Source: Camelus dromedarius
Lineage: Eukaryota
Length of the DNA stretch: 64,000 nucleotides
NCBI RefSeq assembly: GCF_036321535.1
Contig: NC_087444.1
Location: forward strand, 77,686,001-77,750,000
Direction of reading: 5' to 3'
The position numbers and the translations under genes were made by a program. Below, piece by piece: positions 61,401 to 64,000 of this stretch. The stretch's first letter is position 1; every line of letters begins with the position of its first letter. A model generated the notes under the pieces. That model saw only the letters and a program-made list of their open reading frames with translations. It searched no databases and was not told the DNA's origin.

Positions 61401-63336
61401 TGCTGTGGAGGGAGAGAGAACTGAGGACCCTGGCCCAGCCCTGGAGTCGGGAAGTCCCACAAGCTGAAGGGCACCTACTCTTGAGGACAGAGAGTCACAG
61501 AGACACAGGGACACAAATGCCGAGAGAGAGAACACGAGGCACTAAACGCTGGAAAGGGAGAGACAGCAGAAAGGAAGGGAAACCAAGGAAGGCTTCCTGG
61601 AAAAGGAAACACCCACACAAACCCCACACCATCCCCAGTAGCGAAAGAGGGGAACCACCCAGGGGTCCACCAACTGAAGAATGGATAAGCAACCGTGGTC
61701 TATCCACACAGCGAAACGTTTCTCAGCCTAAGAAAAGTATGAAACACTGACACTACAACTTGGATGAACACAAACAACTTGGTACTAAGGCAAAGACGCC
61801 AGTCACGGAAGACCTTCTATCACGTGATCCATTTACATGAAATGTCCAGAAGAGGCAAACCCAAAGACAGAAAGCAGCCTGGTGGTTGCTGGAGGCTGGG
61901 AGGGGAAGGGGGAATAGAACCTAATGGGTATAGGGTTTCCTTTCTGGAGTGATGAAAAAGATTCTAAAATCGACACGGTGAGGGCTGCATAACCCTGTGA
62001 ATACTCTAAAAGCCACTGATTTTTTAATGGGTGAGTTTTATAATCGGTGAGTTGTATGGTATTCATTTTATGTCTCAAAATAGTTGTTGCAAAGTGAACA
62101 AATACAAGGAGGAGCAGGAGCAGAGCTCTGAGTCTCACCAACAGGCAGCTGCCAGGGCCCACCCACACAAACCCTCGATCCACGCAGACACAGCCAGGCC
62201 ACGGGTCGCACAGCAGAGCCCCTCACAGGTGCCCACCGCCTGGCTCACAGCAGATGCCCCTCGTCCCTTGGCCACAAAGGCCCGGACAGTCATCACTTCC
62301 CCAGGCCAGGTGCTGACCTGGTGCCTGGTGCTGACTACCTGCGCCTGTAGCCCTCCACTCTGAAAGCCAGTGGGCTGGGGGACAGGTGCAAGGCCCCTGG
62401 GTAGCTTCTCTGAAGGACAGGCAGGGCTGGTCCAGGCGCAAGACAGGAAGAGCCGCCAGGGCACAGAGCCAGCAACAGAGGGAATGGGGGGCGGGTGTCC
62501 CAGGAAGGGCAGCAGTGAGGGGCCAAGGCCAGAGGACCTTCTTCAGACCCCAGACCCCTCAAATGATGGGGCCAAGCTCCTGGTTCCTGAGAAATGTCCC
62601 ATGTGTGTAAACTCCTTTTCTGTTCTCAGCAGGTGCCCCCTCCCCACATACATGGCTCCAAAGGCTCCCTGTTCTCATCCCCTGGTTTAAGGAAGGAGTT
62701 GGGGGTGGACAAAGTTGGTGCAGAGAGGAGACTGGGAACACCAGGTGGTTGGGCTGCACTCACATTGTCGTCCTTGGACGGGTGGATCTGCTCAATGAGC
62801 CGCTGGATGATCTTCTCCTCGTTCAGCCACTGTGGTGAGAAGGAGGGGCTGTGCTCACTGACCCCACCCACAGCCACCCCGCCCCCGGCCCCGCCTCACC
62901 AGCCTGCACTCCAGGCAGCCAGCACTCACGGTGACCACGTCATGCCTCAGCTGCGGCCGCTCCACGCAGGTGAGGAGCCTCAGCAGGAGGTCCATGATGG
63001 CGGAGGTGCCGATGTGCTGCAGCAGCAGGTCCACAAAGTCGTCCTTCTTCCGCAGGAAGGACACAAGCTGGGGACACAGGGACCCAGCACGTCAGCGCAG
63101 GACCCTGAACCCACGCCTGCCCACCTGCCCATCCCAGGGCCCCTGGCACCTGGTCCGTCTTGCGGTTGATGAGGACGCCCATGACCTTGCTGAAGAAGCT
63201 GGCCAGCAGCGGGTTGAGGCTGCCACTGCTCTGCAGGAAGCCGTAGAGCCGGTGCAGGAGGGATTCGTCCGCACCCAGGGCATCGTTGATCTGGGGCACA
63301 TCTGACGTCAGGATCTCGCAGGCCACGCTGGGATAC
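52418..63336 (-). CDS. PPP6R1: Protein phosphatase 6 regulatory subunit 1 (SAPS1), 3' part; the start exon lies beyond the window
   Basis: Exons 63150-63336, 62930-63067, 62764-62829, 61290-61402, 61091-61204, 60611-60773, 60364-60516, 60135-60269, 59569-59633, 59377-59492, 59197-59282, 59001-59090, 58804-58901, 56546-56603, 56290-56468, 53726-53856, 53458-53638, 53291-53361, 53090-53171, 52576-52686 and 52418-52493 are phase-consistent. Protein includes [58 protein letters not shown] and ends [15 protein letters not shown]. Confidence 0.96.
54590..55600 (+). mobile_element. Degenerate old L1 ORF2 fragments in a PPP6R1 intron
   Basis: aaactgttagaac..gcaa...ttgcaagg.tgcagga.acaagatcaacatacaaaa...atagattcaa.gcaatcc...gaactcacta.. 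typical L1 RT-region text. Confidence 0.8.
61650..62090 (+). mobile_element. Old L1 3'-end fragment in a PPP6R1 intron
   Basis: caactgaagaatggataagcaaccgtggtctatcca...tgatccatttacatgaaatgtccagaagaggcaaa...gggtttcctttctggagtgatgaaaa. Confidence 0.75.
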
Positions 63337-64000
63337 CTGTCACACCCAGAAAGGGCTGGGGAGGGCATGGTGGGGGCGGAGGCCAAGACCCTGCCTCCCA
63401 GTTGGAGCCCACCCATGCTCCTCACGCTCCAAGGCAGCATCCAGCCTCCTGAGCCTGGAGCCCACCCTCTACCAACATCTGTCTTTCCACCCCTGACCTT
63501 CCAGTCTGTCCCAGGTCAGGCCCCAGTGACCTCTGTATGATCTAACTTCATCCCCAAGATACCTTCACACAGGGAGAGGGCAGCTCTGCCCAGTGTACCA
63601 CCCAGGGCCTCAGGTGACCACAACATGCTCCAGGTTGGCCCCGTAAACTGTAGGGGCCCTGAGAAGTGGGTTCCTTGGAACAAGATAGGGACCCCAGGGG
63701 CAGCCCGACACACATGTCAGAATGGCAGCTCCCTGTTACTGTGAGCCAGAGCCCAGTCCATGGGGCCCCTGGACGTTCTAGTTTGGTGGGCAGGGGGACA
63801 GAAAGGTTGGATGGACAGAGCGAAGGAGGGAGAAGACACACATGGGGTTGGGAAACTGACAAGATGGACCTCGGGAGGCATGGGGGACACTCTGCTGGCC
63901 CCACCAGAGGTCCCCACTGTGCACCAGGCCCCACAGTAAGCAGCTAGCACCACCTTACCCAACCTCCACTTTACAAAGGGCAAAGGGGGACAGAGCACTC

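Overview
This is mammalian genomic DNA, not prokaryotic, so there are no operons, CRISPR arrays or rRNA genes. It is probably from a camelid: this is inferred from two tRNA-derived SINEs resembling the camelid family and from ungulate-like protein sequences. Seven spliced genes lie on the minus strand in the order known from human 19q13.42. In + coordinates they are TNNT1 (5' part only), TNNI3 (complete, 215 aa), DNAAF3 (474 aa as read), SYT5 (386 aa), PTPRH (913 aa), TMEM86B (225 aa) and PPP6R1 (3' part, start codon beyond the window). I reconstructed exons by hand from GT-AG boundaries and phase continuity; comparisons to human, pig and cattle proteins are from memory, not from a search. There are three N gaps of about 130 bp and many L1, MIR, MER and LTR remnants. 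The most notable observations are: (1) a >99%-identical 1,204-bp tandem exon+intron array supplying four near-identical FN3 domains in PTPRH; (2) an in-frame TAA in the last DNAAF3 exon, followed by 57 open codons still resembling the human C-terminus; (3) a (Pro-Ala) repeat expansion beside the PKA sites of cardiac troponin I; (4) three RFX X-boxes within 85 bp in SYT5 intron 1, plus an RE1/NRSE at the SYT5 promoter; (5) dispersed copies of a ~37-bp minisatellite like the human 19q13.3-qter-specific family. No wholly new biological system could be supported.
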